Assembly (NCBI GenBank): GCA_963723725.1
Contig: CAVRSA010000009.1
Coordinates: forward strand, 635,004-699,003
Length of the DNA: 64,000 nt
Direction of reading: 5' to 3'
Source: Candidatus Acidiferrales bacterium
GTDB lineage: Bacteria > Acidobacteriota > Terriglobia > Acidiferrales > UBA7541
Each line of letters opens with the position of its first letter. Position 1 is the first letter of the stretch. Under the pieces are notes generated by a model. The model did no database searches. It was not told the origin of the DNA and saw nothing but the letters and a program-made list of their open reading frames with translations. Positions 54,409-64,000 of this stretch are shown in pieces. A program made the position numbers and the translations under genes.

Positions 54409-57108
54409 ATGTCTCGAGAAATTGCAAAAGCATACGATCCACAACAGATAGAACCCGGCTGGGCCGAGTATTGGGTGAACGAGGAGCTATTTAAGGCCGA
54501 CCCAGCGGCGAGCGGGCCGGTGTTTTCGATTGTCATTCCGCCACCGAACGTGACGGGCTCCCTGCATATCGGTCACATGCTGGACCACACCGAGATCGAT
54601 ATTCTGACTCGCTGGCACCGGATGCGCGGTTACAACACCCTGTATTTGCCCGGAACGGACCATGCAAGTATTTCGACTCAGAGGGTAGTGGTGCGGCAGT
54701 TGGCCGAGCAGAAGATCAATTATCGCGATCTAGGTCGCGATGAATTTCTGAAACGCGTCTGGCAATGGAAAGAAGAGAGCGGCGGCACGATTCAACGGCA
54801 AATGAAGCAGATCGGCGAATCTTGTGACTGGAGCCGGGAGAAATTCACGTTGTCGCCGGAATTGTCGGCTGTCGTTCGCGAAGTCTTTGTGCGCTTGTAT
54901 GAAGAAGGTTTGATTTACCGCGAGAAGCGTCTCCTGAACTGGTGTCCGGTGTGCTTGACGGTATTAAGCGATCTAGAAGTAGTGCACGAAGAACGGCCCG
55001 GTCATTTGTGGCATATCAAGTATCCGGTGGCCGGCGGTCATGGCGAATTCCTGACGGTGGCGACGACGCGGCCGGAAACAATGCTGGGTGATACAGCGGT
55101 TGCAGTGCACCCGGAAGATGAGCGCTACAAACACCTGATTGGGAAGAAAGTTCTCCTGCCGCTCATGGACCGCGAAATTCCGATCATTGGCGACTCCATG
55201 GTAGAGCTGGAATTTGGGACCGGAGCGGTAAAAATAACACCGGCGCATGATCCCAACGATTTTGAGGTGGGGCGTCGGCACAATCTCGAGCAGATCGATG
55301 TGATGACCGAAGACGCTCACATGAATGAGTTAGCCGGGCCTTATCAGGGTCTGGATCGCTTTGTTGCAAGGAAGAAGATTGTAGAGGATTTGCGGGAACA
55401 AGGGTTGCTCGAGAAAATCACAGACCACGTAAGCGCGATCGGTTTGTGCGAACGCAGCCATACGATTGTGGAACCGCGGGCGTCGAAACAATGGTTCTGC
55501 AGCATGAAGCCACTGGCGGAGCCGGCGATTGAGGTCGTGGAACGAGGGGATATCGCGATCATTCCGGAAAACCGACGTACGGAATATCTGAACTGGATGA
55601 GAAATATCCGGGATTGGACGCTATCCCGGCAACTGTGGTGGGGACAGCGAATTCCGGCGTGGTATTGCGGGGATTGCCAGCATGTCATCGTCTCGCGGAC
55701 TGATCCCACCGGGTGTTCGAACTGCGGATCATCAAAACTGAAGCAAGACCCGGATGTACTCGATACCTGGTTCAGCTCCGCTTTGTGGCCATTTTCGACA
55801 TTGGGGTGGCCGCAAGAAACAGCGGACTATAAAAAATATTATCCGACAAGTCTGCTGATCACCGGTTACGACATTCTGTTTTTCTGGGTAGCGCGAATGA
55901 TCATGCTGGGGCTGCACTTCACAAAGCAAGTTCCCTTCCGTGTCGTTTACCTGCATTCGCTGGTGAGGACGGCGAGCGGCGAGAAAATGTCGAAGTCCAA
56001 GGGAACCGGGCTTGATCCGGTTGCACTGAACAAGGAATACGGCACAGACGCGGTGCGGTTTTGTTTGGCATCGATGGCTGCGCCAGGAACCGACATTGTC
56101 TTGTCCGATGACCGTTTGCTGGGTGCGCGATCGTTTGCGAACAAGATCTGGAATGCGGCACGTTTCCTTTTTGTGAATCTCGACAAATTTGAGCAAAGCG
56201 GTGTTTCGATTGAGGAAATCGCTGCGCCTGAGGTCCGCGAGAAGGCTCCTTACGGTTACGAGGGACTGATTCCCGTCATCGATCGGTGGTTCTTTGCACG
56301 AATGGCTCAGACAGTTGAGACGGTAAATGATGCGCTGTCAAATTACCGCTTTCACGAAGCAGCGCAGGCGGTGTATCAATTTTTCTGGGGCGATTTTTGT
56401 GATTGGTATATCGAGTGGGTGAAACCGGATTTGTTGCACGAGAATCGGGCCAAGTCGCTCGTCGCCTGGAAGAACCTGTTCGCCGGGTTTGAAGGAGCGT
56501 TGCGGCTGCTTCACCCCTTCATGCCGTTTTTGACTGAAGAATTGTGGCACCAACTGCCGCAGAAAAACGGTGCTAAATCAATTGCCCTGGCAGCATATCC
56601 GGAAGCTCGGGTTGCATGGAGCGATGAGAAGGCCTTAGCCGAATTTGCGATGGTGCAGGAGACGATACAGGCAGTGCGCGCTCTACGAGCTGAAATGAAG
56701 CTCGATAAAAGGAAAGTCGCAGCAGAGTTTTCAAGTGCTGATGCGAAGGTACGGGCGACAGCGCAGGCGAACCTCGACGGAATTGTACGGCTCGGCTTGT
56801 TGACGGATCTAACGATAACCGAGGCGAAGCTGGCTGAAGGAGGTGGCGGGAAGAGGTCTACGGCACAGTTTGACTTGCGGATTCCATATGTCGCCGAGGC
56901 GATTGACGTAGAAGCGGAACTGACGCGAATCAAAAAAGAGATTGTGAGATTAACGAAGGACATAGCCGGAAAGGAATCGCAGCTCGGAAATGAATCGTTT
57001 CGAAGCCGGGCGCCGGAGAACATTATTCTGGGATTACAGGCAACGTTAGCCGAGCGGAAGGTGGAGCTACTGAAGTTTCAAGATCGCATAAAGGAATTGG
57101 GCGGATGA
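54409..57108 (+). CDS. valS: Valine--tRNA ligase
   Basis: ORF 54382..57108. The ATG at 54409 gives MSREIAKAYDPQQIE. The HIGH motif is SLHIGHML and the KMSKS motif is GEKMSKSKG. It has an editing domain and a C-terminal coiled coil. Confidence 0.95.
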   Translation: MSREIAKAYDPQQIEPGWAEYWVNEELFKADPAASGPVFSIVIPPPNVTGSLHIGHMLDHTEIDILTRWHRMRGYNTLYLPGTDHASISTQRVVVRQLAEQKINYRDLGRDEFLKRVWQWKEESGGTIQRQMKQIGESCDWSREKFTLSPELSAVVREVFVRLYEEGLIYREKRLLNWCPVCLTVLSDLEVVHEERPGHLWHIKYPVAGGHGEFLTVATTRPETMLGDTAVAVHPEDERYKHLIGKKVLLPLMDREIPIIGDSMVELEFGTGAVKITPAHDPNDFEVGRRHNLEQIDVMTEDAHMNELAGPYQGLDRFVARKKIVEDLREQGLLEKITDHVSAIGLCERSHTIVEPRASKQWFCSMKPLAEPAIEVVERGDIAIIPENRRTEYLNWMRNIRDWTLSRQLWWGQRIPAWYCGDCQHVIVSRTDPTGCSNCGSSKLKQDPDVLDTWFSSALWPFSTLGWPQETADYKKYYPTSLLITGYDILFFWVARMIMLGLHFTKQVPFRVVYLHSLVRTASGEKMSKSKGTGLDPVALNKEYGTDAVRFCLASMAAPGTDIVLSDDRLLGARSFANKIWNAARFLFVNLDKFEQSGVSIEEIAAPEVREKAPYGYEGLIPVIDRWFFARMAQTVETVNDALSNYRFHEAAQAVYQFFWGDFCDWYIEWVKPDLLHENRAKSLVAWKNLFAGFEGALRLLHPFMPFLTEELWHQLPQKNGAKSIALAAYPEARVAWSDEKALAEFAMVQETIQAVRALRAEMKLDKRKVAAEFSSADAKVRATAQANLDGIVRLGLLTDLTITEAKLAEGGGGKRSTAQFDLRIPYVAEAIDVEAELTRIKKEIVRLTKDIAGKESQLGNESFRSRAPENIILGLQATLAERKVELLKFQDRIKELGG

Positions 57109-57126
57109 GCTAGATAGGCAAAGAGC

Positions 57127-58065
57127 ATGATCATCGATTGGAATTCAGAGTATGTGTCGGGATTGATCGAAAAGGCCCTGGCGGAAGATGTCGGTACAGG
57201 AGATGTCACTGTTGCCGCTACAGTTCCGGCTTGGACTGTCGGGAAAGCCCATATCCGGGCCAAGCAGGACCTGGTATGTGCGGGTTTGCCACTGGCGGAG
57301 AGGGTTTTCCGCTCACTCGATGTGGAAATGGATGTGGAGTTTCGCGTAAAGGACGGCGATCTGGTAAGGAATGGCCAGGATATTCTGACTCTCACCGGGA
57401 ACGGCGGGGCAATCCTCACGGGCGAACGTACTGCGTTGAACTTTCTGGGACATCTGAGCGGAATTGCGACGTTGACACATAGGTTCGTGTGCGAATTGGC
57501 TGGCACGAATGCCAGGATCCGCGATACCCGCAAGACCACTCCGGGATTACGTCTACTCGAAAAATATGCGGTGAGCGTAGGCGGCGGTGTAAATCACAGG
57601 ATCGGTCTGTATGATGCGATTTTGTTGAAGGAAAATCACATCGCTCTGGCCGGTGGAGTCAAGGCGGCACTGGACCAGGCTCATACATTTGCATCGTCGA
57701 GAATGACAACTCGGGCCATGACGGCCTATGAGGCAGCCGGTTTGTCCGGACCGGCTGTCGATGAGGTGGAGGGATTGACCATCCAGATTGAAGTACGAAA
57801 TGAGCCTGAACTCTCTGAAGCTCTGGCTGCTGGAGCAGAAGCGGTGCTGCTCGACAATATGAGTCCGGAACAGGCACGGAGATGCGTAGAGATTGTAAGG
57901 AGGACTCGAAGCGAATGCACGGTCGAAATATCCGGAGGAATCACTCTCGACAATGCGAGGGCGTATGCCCTAACGGGGGCGGATTATCTGTCCGCTGGAG
58001 CCCTGACGCATTCGGCGCGGTCAGCGGATATGAGTTTGCTGGTGGACAGCATCGGGGAAGCTTAG
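57127..58065 (+). CDS. nadC: Nicotinate-nucleotide pyrophosphorylase [carboxylating] (quinolinate phosphoribosyltransferase)
   Basis: 312 aa. Motifs are ...GERTALNFLGHLSGIAT..., ...RDTRKTTPGLRLLEKYAV..., ...HRIGLYDAILLKENH... and ...LLDNM.... Confidence 0.9.
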   Translation: MIIDWNSEYVSGLIEKALAEDVGTGDVTVAATVPAWTVGKAHIRAKQDLVCAGLPLAERVFRSLDVEMDVEFRVKDGDLVRNGQDILTLTGNGGAILTGERTALNFLGHLSGIATLTHRFVCELAGTNARIRDTRKTTPGLRLLEKYAVSVGGGVNHRIGLYDAILLKENHIALAGGVKAALDQAHTFASSRMTTRAMTAYEAAGLSGPAVDEVEGLTIQIEVRNEPELSEALAAGAEAVLLDNMSPEQARRCVEIVRRTRSECTVEISGGITLDNARAYALTGADYLSAGALTHSARSADMSLLVDSIGEA

Positions 58066-58124
58066 GAAGAAACGATAGCGAAGGATCAAGCGCTCTATCA
58101 GTGGCGGCTTAAGCGGGACGATAA

Positions 58125-59132
58125 ATGGCGGCAACACCGAACTTACCTGGAACAACAGACAGAAGGCTTGCTTCTCTGCTAACGTTGCTGACTGAAAACG
58201 CAACGATTGTGATCAGCGGCGGGCGGGTTGCACGCGAGATAGGAGTGTCCCGGTCGACGGTTTGGCGTTGGGTGCAACGACTGAGACAGCTGGGCGTCAA
58301 GGTAAAGGGACGAGCCGCGACGGGATATTTTCTTGAGAAAGTACCGGACATTTTGACTCCCGATTTATTGCGCAAGCGGGTCAACGGGAAATTATTTGGA
58401 AAGCGCTTCCATCATTTTTTTAAAACGGACTCGACAAACCGCGTGGCGATGGAATTGGCGTTTGCGGGAGAAGAAGAAGGCGCCGTCATTCTGGCAGAAG
58501 AACAGACCGACGGGCGAGGGCGTGCCGGGCGGAAATGGCATTCGGAAGTAGGCACCGGGATTTATGTGACCCTGCTGCTGCGGCCGCGGTTATCCCCCGT
58601 GCAGGCACCATTGCTCACGATCCTGGCAGGGATCTCGCTGCATTCGGCGATACTGGCGCAAACCGGATTAAATGCGGAGTTGAAATGGCCAAACGATATT
58701 CTTGTCGACGGCAGAAAATTGGGCGGAATTTTGACGGAGATGCATGCCGAACCAACGCAAGTGCGGTTCGTGATCATCGGAATCGGCGTGAATGTCAATC
58801 AGGAACAGTTTCCGGAGGACCTGTCATCGATTGCGACCTCGCTAAGGAGGGAAAGCGGAAAGCTGCAATCGAGACTGGAATTACTGGTTCGCTTGCTGCG
58901 TGAATTCGAGACCGACTACAATCGATTCCTGCGTGATGGCCCAGCCTATGTGGTGCAGCGGTTTGGCGAGATTTCCCAATTCGCGAACGGAAAGAAAGTG
59001 CATGTAGACACAGGGCGCGAGACATATACGGGTGTTACTGCCGGGCTGACAGATGACGGATTGTTGACAGTAAAACGGACAGATGGACAGGTTATTGCAG
59101 TGATTGCCGGGGACGTTAAAGAGGTTCGTTAA
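58125..59132 (+). CDS. birA: Bifunctional biotin--[acetyl-CoA-carboxylase] ligase / biotin operon repressor
   Basis: 335 aa. The N-terminal HTH is [28 protein letters not shown]. The biotin-protein-ligase motif is GRGRAGRKW, and ...[17 protein letters not shown]... follows. Confidence 0.9.
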   Translation: MAATPNLPGTTDRRLASLLTLLTENATIVISGGRVAREIGVSRSTVWRWVQRLRQLGVKVKGRAATGYFLEKVPDILTPDLLRKRVNGKLFGKRFHHFFKTDSTNRVAMELAFAGEEEGAVILAEEQTDGRGRAGRKWHSEVGTGIYVTLLLRPRLSPVQAPLLTILAGISLHSAILAQTGLNAELKWPNDILVDGRKLGGILTEMHAEPTQVRFVIIGIGVNVNQEQFPEDLSSIATSLRRESGKLQSRLELLVRLLREFETDYNRFLRDGPAYVVQRFGEISQFANGKKVHVDTGRETYTGVTAGLTDDGLLTVKRTDGQVIAVIAGDVKEVR

Positions 59133-59974
59133 TGCTGCTGACGATTGATGTGGGCAATTCAAATACGGTACTGGGCGTGTTTCGCGGCAGCCAGCTGATC
59201 GCGAATTGGCGGTTGAGCACAGAACATTCGCAAACAGTTGATGAGTACGGCGTGCTGACCAGGAGCTTGTTCTCCCTTGCAGGATTGGACCAGGAAGACA
59301 TAACGGGAGTGATGGTGAGTTCCGTCGTGCCACCCGTGAATTGGACCCTGGAGGAAATGTCCCGGATTTATTTTGCCAAGAAGGCACTGTTCGTGGAACC
59401 CGGTGTGAAAACCGGAATGGCAGTCCTCGTCGATAATCCGTCCGAGGTGGGCGCCGACCGGATTGTGAATGGAGTAGCCGCATTTCATCAATACGGCGGT
59501 CCCTGCATCGTTGTGGATTTTGGAACGGCGATTACGTTTGATGTAATTTCCGCCAAGTGTGAGTACCTGGGTGGAGTGATCGCGCCCGGTTTAGGAATCT
59601 CCTCGGAGGCTTTATTTTCGCGGACGGCCCGGCTCCCGCGGGTGGAGATCAAGGACCCGGGAAAAGTCATCGGCACCAATACCGTGACCCATATGCAAGC
59701 CGGACTGTATTACGGGGCTGTGGATATGGTAGACGGGATGCTCACTCGAATAAAAAGCGAGCTCGGCATGGATGCGACCGTGGTGGCAACCGGCGGGCAG
59801 GCGAGGCTGATTGCCAAAGGCTCGAAGCATATTCAGCATACAGATGAGTTCCTGACACTGAATGGACTCAGGATAATCTGGGATAAGAATCAGCATCTAG
59901 ACGGGCACCATACGGCGGAACGATTGACTGAAAAACCCCAGACCAAGAAGTCAAACGGCAAAGCTAGATCATAG
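59132..59974 (+). CDS. coaX: Type III pantothenate kinase
   Basis: 280 aa. Motifs are [17 protein letters not shown], ...GADRIVN... and ...[11 protein letters not shown].... The start overlaps the birA stop (TAATG). Confidence 0.9.
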   Translation: MLLTIDVGNSNTVLGVFRGSQLIANWRLSTEHSQTVDEYGVLTRSLFSLAGLDQEDITGVMVSSVVPPVNWTLEEMSRIYFAKKALFVEPGVKTGMAVLVDNPSEVGADRIVNGVAAFHQYGGPCIVVDFGTAITFDVISAKCEYLGGVIAPGLGISSEALFSRTARLPRVEIKDPGKVIGTNTVTHMQAGLYYGAVDMVDGMLTRIKSELGMDATVVATGGQARLIAKGSKHIQHTDEFLTLNGLRIIWDKNQHLDGHHTAERLTEKPQTKKSNGKARS

Positions 59975-60110
59975 AGGATGGCGGCGGACAAACACCGTGT
60001 TTGCGAAGAAAGGCAATCACGAAACAGTCCGCCCGGCGCCTTTCATCTGGAAGTCATCAAGAATATTACATGCGCCGCCTGCAGGCTGTGCATGTCCGGA
60101 ACTGCATATA

Positions 60111-60827
60111 ATGGACAATTGGAACTACTACAATTATTTCACGGAGATTGAAGAGTATTTCTGGAAGAAGCGCGGCGCGCATTTGCTGGTATCGCCGCTG
60201 GATTGGGCGATCATGGAGACGTGGCAGAAGGCAGGCGTGCCGCTTGATGCAGCGATTAGAGGAATCGATAGCGCGTTTGAGAGTTATCAGCGATCGCGAC
60301 GAGGCGCGAATAAGCCCCTGAAGAGCCTGGCCTATTGCACCGACGCGGTGCTGGCAGCGGCGGAAGAGGCAACTGAAGCAGCAGCGGGCGCTACCCGCAA
60401 CAAGGCTCCTGAGAGAGAAGTCTTTTCACCGCAAGAGTTGCTAAGTTACTTCAAGAGAAATCGCACGCAACTGACGAAAGCGGCCGCGAGGGTGAAATCC
60501 ACGCAACCAGCCCTGACGGCAATGATTGAGGATGTAGAGAAGTCCCTGCAAGGTGCGGCAGTGTTACTAGAAGCGCCAGGAAACGTTGACTTGGAAGATA
60601 TCGAGCGGCGGTTGACAAATCTTGATGATAAGCTGCACGCAGCGCTGTTAAGCCAGGCGCGCGAGGACTTGATGCTGCGGATCCGCCGGGAGGTGGATTC
60701 GCAACTGGCGATGTACCGGCGCAAAATGAAAGCAGAACAGCTGGCACTGGTCGAAAAGCAGTATTTGCAGAAACGCCTGCTGGACGAATACCAACTACCG
60801 CGCTTGAGCCTGTTCTACATGATCTAG
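60111..60827 (+). CDS. Conserved hypothetical protein; the N-terminal segment resembles a DnaD-type helical domain and the C-terminus is a predicted coiled coil
   Basis: ORF 59997..60827 starts at GTG. I prefer the ATG at 60111 (MDNWNYYNYFTEIEEYFWKKRGAHLLVSPLDWAIMETWQKAGVPLDAAIRGID...). The domain resemblance is from memory only. Confidence 0.5.
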   Translation: MDNWNYYNYFTEIEEYFWKKRGAHLLVSPLDWAIMETWQKAGVPLDAAIRGIDSAFESYQRSRRGANKPLKSLAYCTDAVLAAAEEATEAAAGATRNKAPEREVFSPQELLSYFKRNRTQLTKAAARVKSTQPALTAMIEDVEKSLQGAAVLLEAPGNVDLEDIERRLTNLDDKLHAALLSQAREDLMLRIRREVDSQLAMYRRKMKAEQLALVEKQYLQKRLLDEYQLPRLSLFYMI

Positions 60828-60892
60828 ATCGTCACGATCCGCACGGAAACTAGCTACCGCTCGAATTTTGGTAAACAGGGGAATGGACAACT

Positions 60893-62197
60893 ATGGCTGA
60901 CGAATTTTTACTGTCGATCGAGAAGCTGGTCTATGGGGGCGACGGATTGGCGCGTACGGAAGAGAACACTGTATTGGTTCCTTTCGTATTGCCGGGCGAG
61001 CAGGTAACGGCGACCGTAGCCACACGGAAAAAGAAGCTTATCCACGCAAAACTCATCGAGGTGAAGCAGGCCAGCACCTCGCGGATCAAACCGCGATGCC
61101 CGCATTTTGGCGTCTGTGGGGGATGCCATTACCAGCACATTGATTTTTCCGAGCAAGTGAAGATCAAGGAAGGTATTTTGCGCGAGACGCTGTCTCGACT
61201 GGGTGGTGTGAAGTGGGAAGGTCCCGTTCATGTGCACACAGGCGAGCCGTATGCATATCGAAACCGGGCGCAATGGGCCTTTCGTGATGCACTGCCCAGG
61301 GCGTTCGGCTATTTCCTCCCCGAGAGCGCTCACATTCTGCCGATCGATGCGTGCCCAGTATTGTCGCCTTGCTTGTCCAGCGCGTTTGCACAGTTACAGG
61401 AGTTGGCGCGGGCGAATTCTCTGCCTCCGGGAATTCTAGAAGTTGAGGCTTTTGTTGATTCAGATGATTCAAAGTTGTCCCTGAATATAGCTTTTGAACG
61501 GTTCCCGAAGCCGGCAAAAGTCTTGGCGGCACAATTCAAGGCCTCGTTACCGCAATTGGAAAGTTTGCTGCTGCTTGATCAGAGCAAGAACAAATTTGAT
61601 CTGACCGGTACCGGCTATCTCACGCACAATGTCGGTGACTTTTCGTTTCATGTCAGCCACCTGTCATTTTTCCAGGTGAATCGGTTCCTGGTGCGCGAGT
61701 TATTGAACACCGTGCTTGCAGGTGCGAAAGGCAACTACGCGCTGGATCTGTACGCCGGCGTGGGTTTTTTTACCGTACCCCTGGCGAAGGGCTTTGCGAA
61801 AGTTGTGGCAGTCGACGCGAATCTCGCGGCAAATCGTGACCTGAAAACCAACGTCGAGGCGGCAGGCGTTGAAGTCATATCACACGTAGAGCACACGGAG
61901 GAATTTCTGAAGAAAGAGCAGGAGGCTCCAGACCTGGTGGTACTCGATCCCCCTCGAGCGGGATTGGGAGCAGAGACGGCCGCACGGTTGGCGAATCTGG
62001 GAGCACCGGAGATTACCTACTTGTCATGCGATCCATCGACCCTCGCGAGAGATTTGGCGGTTTTGACCGCTTCCGAACGGCGCGTAACCAGTGAAGTCAT
62101 TCCTCGGCACAAATACGAGATTGCGGACGTTCATTTGTTTGACCTGTTTCCACAGACATTCCACATCGAAACACTGGTACGACTGCGAAAAGCCTGA
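60893..62197 (+). CDS. TRAM-domain, Fe-S cluster-containing RNA (uracil-5-)-methyltransferase (RumA/RlmD family)
   Basis: 434 aa. It has an N-terminal TRAM-like fold and a Cys cluster CPHFGVCGGCHYQH. The SAM-binding motif is ALDLYAGVGFFT, and the catalytic region is ...YLSCDPSTLARDL.... Confidence 0.85.
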   Translation: MADEFLLSIEKLVYGGDGLARTEENTVLVPFVLPGEQVTATVATRKKKLIHAKLIEVKQASTSRIKPRCPHFGVCGGCHYQHIDFSEQVKIKEGILRETLSRLGGVKWEGPVHVHTGEPYAYRNRAQWAFRDALPRAFGYFLPESAHILPIDACPVLSPCLSSAFAQLQELARANSLPPGILEVEAFVDSDDSKLSLNIAFERFPKPAKVLAAQFKASLPQLESLLLLDQSKNKFDLTGTGYLTHNVGDFSFHVSHLSFFQVNRFLVRELLNTVLAGAKGNYALDLYAGVGFFTVPLAKGFAKVVAVDANLAANRDLKTNVEAAGVEVISHVEHTEEFLKKEQEAPDLVVLDPPRAGLGAETAARLANLGAPEITYLSCDPSTLARDLAVLTASERRVTSEVIPRHKYEIADVHLFDLFPQTFHIETLVRLRKA

Positions 62198-62339
62198 TGA
62201 AGACTGCGACCATGCCTCAGTCGCTCGCATGGATCAGCGCAAGTAGGTACCGGCATACGTCGTTGGTATTAGGTCAGAAATAAATCACACCGCCCAGACC
62301 ACGGATTGGCTCGGGGGTAAAAAATGGGACCTGAAGCGA

Positions 62340-62897
62340 TTATCCAGAACGAAGAAAATGGATCAGAACCAACGCGAGTATCAGACACAGGAAGCCGATC
62401 GTCGCTTGATATTCGTGATTCCTTCTGTATTGCGACCAAGAGAAAGTGCCGGGGGAGGGAACGGTCGATTGGGCCGGTGGCGTAAGTCTCGGGAAAAACA
62501 GCGGGACGGACTTGGCGTAGGCGTCAAAGGAGCCAGCGTGCTTAGCGCGAAGTTCGCGCTCTTCCCGGCGCATGACGAAGCTGTAAACGAGTAAGAAATA
62601 AATGAGCAGCAGTGCTCCCCCGATTACGGAATGCATGGCGACGGCAGCTCCCAGGGCTAGAAAGCTGCTTCCAAAATAAAGAGGGTTGCGGGTATAGGCA
62701 TATGGGCCAGTCGTGGTGAGGATTTCCTTTTTGTGAAGATATCCTGCGGCATAAGCCCGGATTACGAGACCGAAGAAGCCGATCAGTCCGCCAATCAGTA
62801 TGGATTGGAACGTTGGTTTCGCGAGCACGAGGACAATTGGCGAAAGGAAGTAGCCGAGTCGGACACGCCAGCGCGCAAAAAAGTCAGCCGCACTCAC
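62340..62897 (-). CDS. Isoprenylcysteine carboxyl methyltransferase (ICMT)/phospholipid methyltransferase-family membrane protein
   Basis: 185 aa from a GTG start that overlaps the upstream stop (GTGA). It has about 5 TM. The family motif region is ...GPYAYTRNPLYFGS.... Confidence 0.7.
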   Translation of the reverse strand: MSAADFFARWRVRLGYFLSPIVLVLAKPTFQSILIGGLIGFFGLVIRAYAAGYLHKKEILTTTGPYAYTRNPLYFGSSFLALGAAVAMHSVIGGALLLIYFLLVYSFVMRREERELRAKHAGSFDAYAKSVPLFFPRLTPPAQSTVPSPGTFSWSQYRRNHEYQATIGFLCLILALVLIHFLRSG

Positions 62898-63886
62898 GGT
62901 TGGCTCGCCAGACGTTTTTTTAAACCAGCCAAAACCTGCTCAACAGAGAGATCGCGGAGGGAGGGATCCGCGACGCTTCCGCGACGATAGGTCGTGACAG
63001 CACCGGCACTTCGTAGAACGAGGTCGTTCTGACTGTACGGACCATTGCGCGACGGATCGGTGGGGCCGAAAAGAGCTACAACGGGAGTTCGGAGAGCGAC
63101 TGCAAGATGCAGAGGGCCGGTGTCCCCTCCCACCACGCAGCGGGCGTTCTTGAGCAGAGCCATGAGTTGTCCAAGTTCGCCATTCCACCCCAGTGGCTGG
63201 GAATTCCCGCTCGCCGATACGACCGACGAAAAAAGATCTTCTTCGCGAGGACCGTAGTTTATGACGCAACGTAGACCCAGCTCGTCGCGAATGGACAGAC
63301 AAAGCGCGCCAAATCGTTCGGCCGGCCAACATTTGGAACGCCAACCGCCACCCGGACTGAGTACGACGTAGGAAGTAATTCCCTCTTTTTGCAATTGCCG
63401 TTTGACGGCACTCTCACCGCCAGCAGGTACGGTAACCATCACGTCCCCCACGGGATTCGTTGCTCCTACGCGCAGACTCAGCTCGCCGTTCTGATCAGCG
63501 ATATGTACGGAGCGACACTTGACACGATCGGTGTACAGGATGGGTACTCCGTATTCACGGATTGTCTCAGAAGAAAACCCGATCCGCCGAGATGCCCCGG
63601 CGAGGAAGCCGGGAAGTGCAGATTTCCAGAGCCCCTGGTAGTCGATTACCGCGTCGCAGTCGAATGCCCGAAGCTTGGCGATTACCTGACGGACTGAGCC
63701 GAGGTTACGGGAATCGAGGGACCAGATTTCCGTAGCAAGATTGCTGCTCGCGACCAAGCCAATCCAGCGCGGATGTGTGAGCCAGATGATTCGTGCCGCC
63801 GGAAATGACTGGCGAAGAGCGGCGACAGCGGGAAAAGTGTGAACAATATCGCCGAGAGAGCCGAGACGGACGACGGCAAAACGCAT
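62894..63886 (-). CDS. Glycosyltransferase family 9 (LPS heptosyltransferase-like)
   Basis: ORF 62894..63952. I prefer the ATG at 63886 (MRFAVVRLGSLGDIVHTFPA), 1 nt after the stop of the upstream frame. The GT9 C-terminal motif is ...VVGGDTGPLHLAVAL.TPVVALFGPTDP.... Confidence 0.8.
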   Translation of the reverse strand: MRFAVVRLGSLGDIVHTFPAVAALRQSFPAARIIWLTHPRWIGLVASSNLATEIWSLDSRNLGSVRQVIAKLRAFDCDAVIDYQGLWKSALPGFLAGASRRIGFSSETIREYGVPILYTDRVKCRSVHIADQNGELSLRVGATNPVGDVMVTVPAGGESAVKRQLQKEGITSYVVLSPGGGWRSKCWPAERFGALCLSIRDELGLRCVINYGPREEDLFSSVVSASGNSQPLGWNGELGQLMALLKNARCVVGGDTGPLHLAVALRTPVVALFGPTDPSRNGPYSQNDLVLRSAGAVTTYRRGSVADPSLRDLSVEQVLAGLKKRLASQP

Positions 63887-63887
63887 T

Positions 63888-64000
63888 TCACTCATGAGCA
63901 TCCCTGCGGATGGCTCGCAGCAGAGCTCCCGTGGAATGATCCTTTGGATCACCGACGATGGCGACGCGAATACCGAGGCGCTGAGCCACTTCTCGTTCAG
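63888..64000 (-). CDS. 3' end of an unidentified CDS (N-terminus off the window)
   Basis: My own translation of the minus strand gives ...EREVAQRLGIRVAIVGDPKDHSTGALLRAIRRDAHE*. The stop TGA is at 63890-63888, immediately before the GT9 ATG. It is too short to assign. Confidence 0.4.
   Translation of the reverse strand, partial: EREVAQRLGIRVAIVGDPKDHSTGALLRAIRRDAHE

Overview
Gene-dense chromosomal window with about 50 CDS and one tRNA. It looks like a core-genome segment of an Acidobacteriota-type diderm. That assignment is inferred from protein styles only: a 'VWFA-related acidobacterial' type N-terminus, many secreted TPR, CarboxypepD_reg and He_PIG-like proteins, and an STK-TPR kinase. There is no rRNA in the window to confirm it. 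Housekeeping blocks are yhaM-like/surA-like/mfd, aroC-def-fmt, valS-nadC-birA-coaX, bamD, and LPS-heptose genes (rfaE2-like, GT9). I see no CRISPR array, intact mobile element, prophage or recognisable defence system. The best candidate for an undescribed system is a polyphosphate-associated locus at 19.9-25.4 kb. It has two translationally coupled thymidylate-kinase-fold paralogues (one with P-loop Lys replaced by Arg), then Ppx/GppA and SixA. A convergent CHAD protein there carries a degenerate copy of the Ppx C-terminal HD-like module. Other items worth a second look: (1) an MlaF-like ATPase whose Walker-B catalytic Glu is Ser, in an operon with MlaD but no MlaE permease; (2) a signal-peptide-bearing TldD/TldE-like pair followed by a PASTA-only protein downstream of def-fmt; (3) a divergent orphan PurD-like ATP-grasp gene next to a 390-nt helix-rich intergenic region; (4) 21-bp direct repeats in the mlaF/aroC divergent promoter region; (5) a long valS leader with a hairpin and a repeated motif; (6) a transposase-tail remnant next to tRNA-Leu. 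All functional calls rest on motif recognition in the supplied translations. No database search was run.
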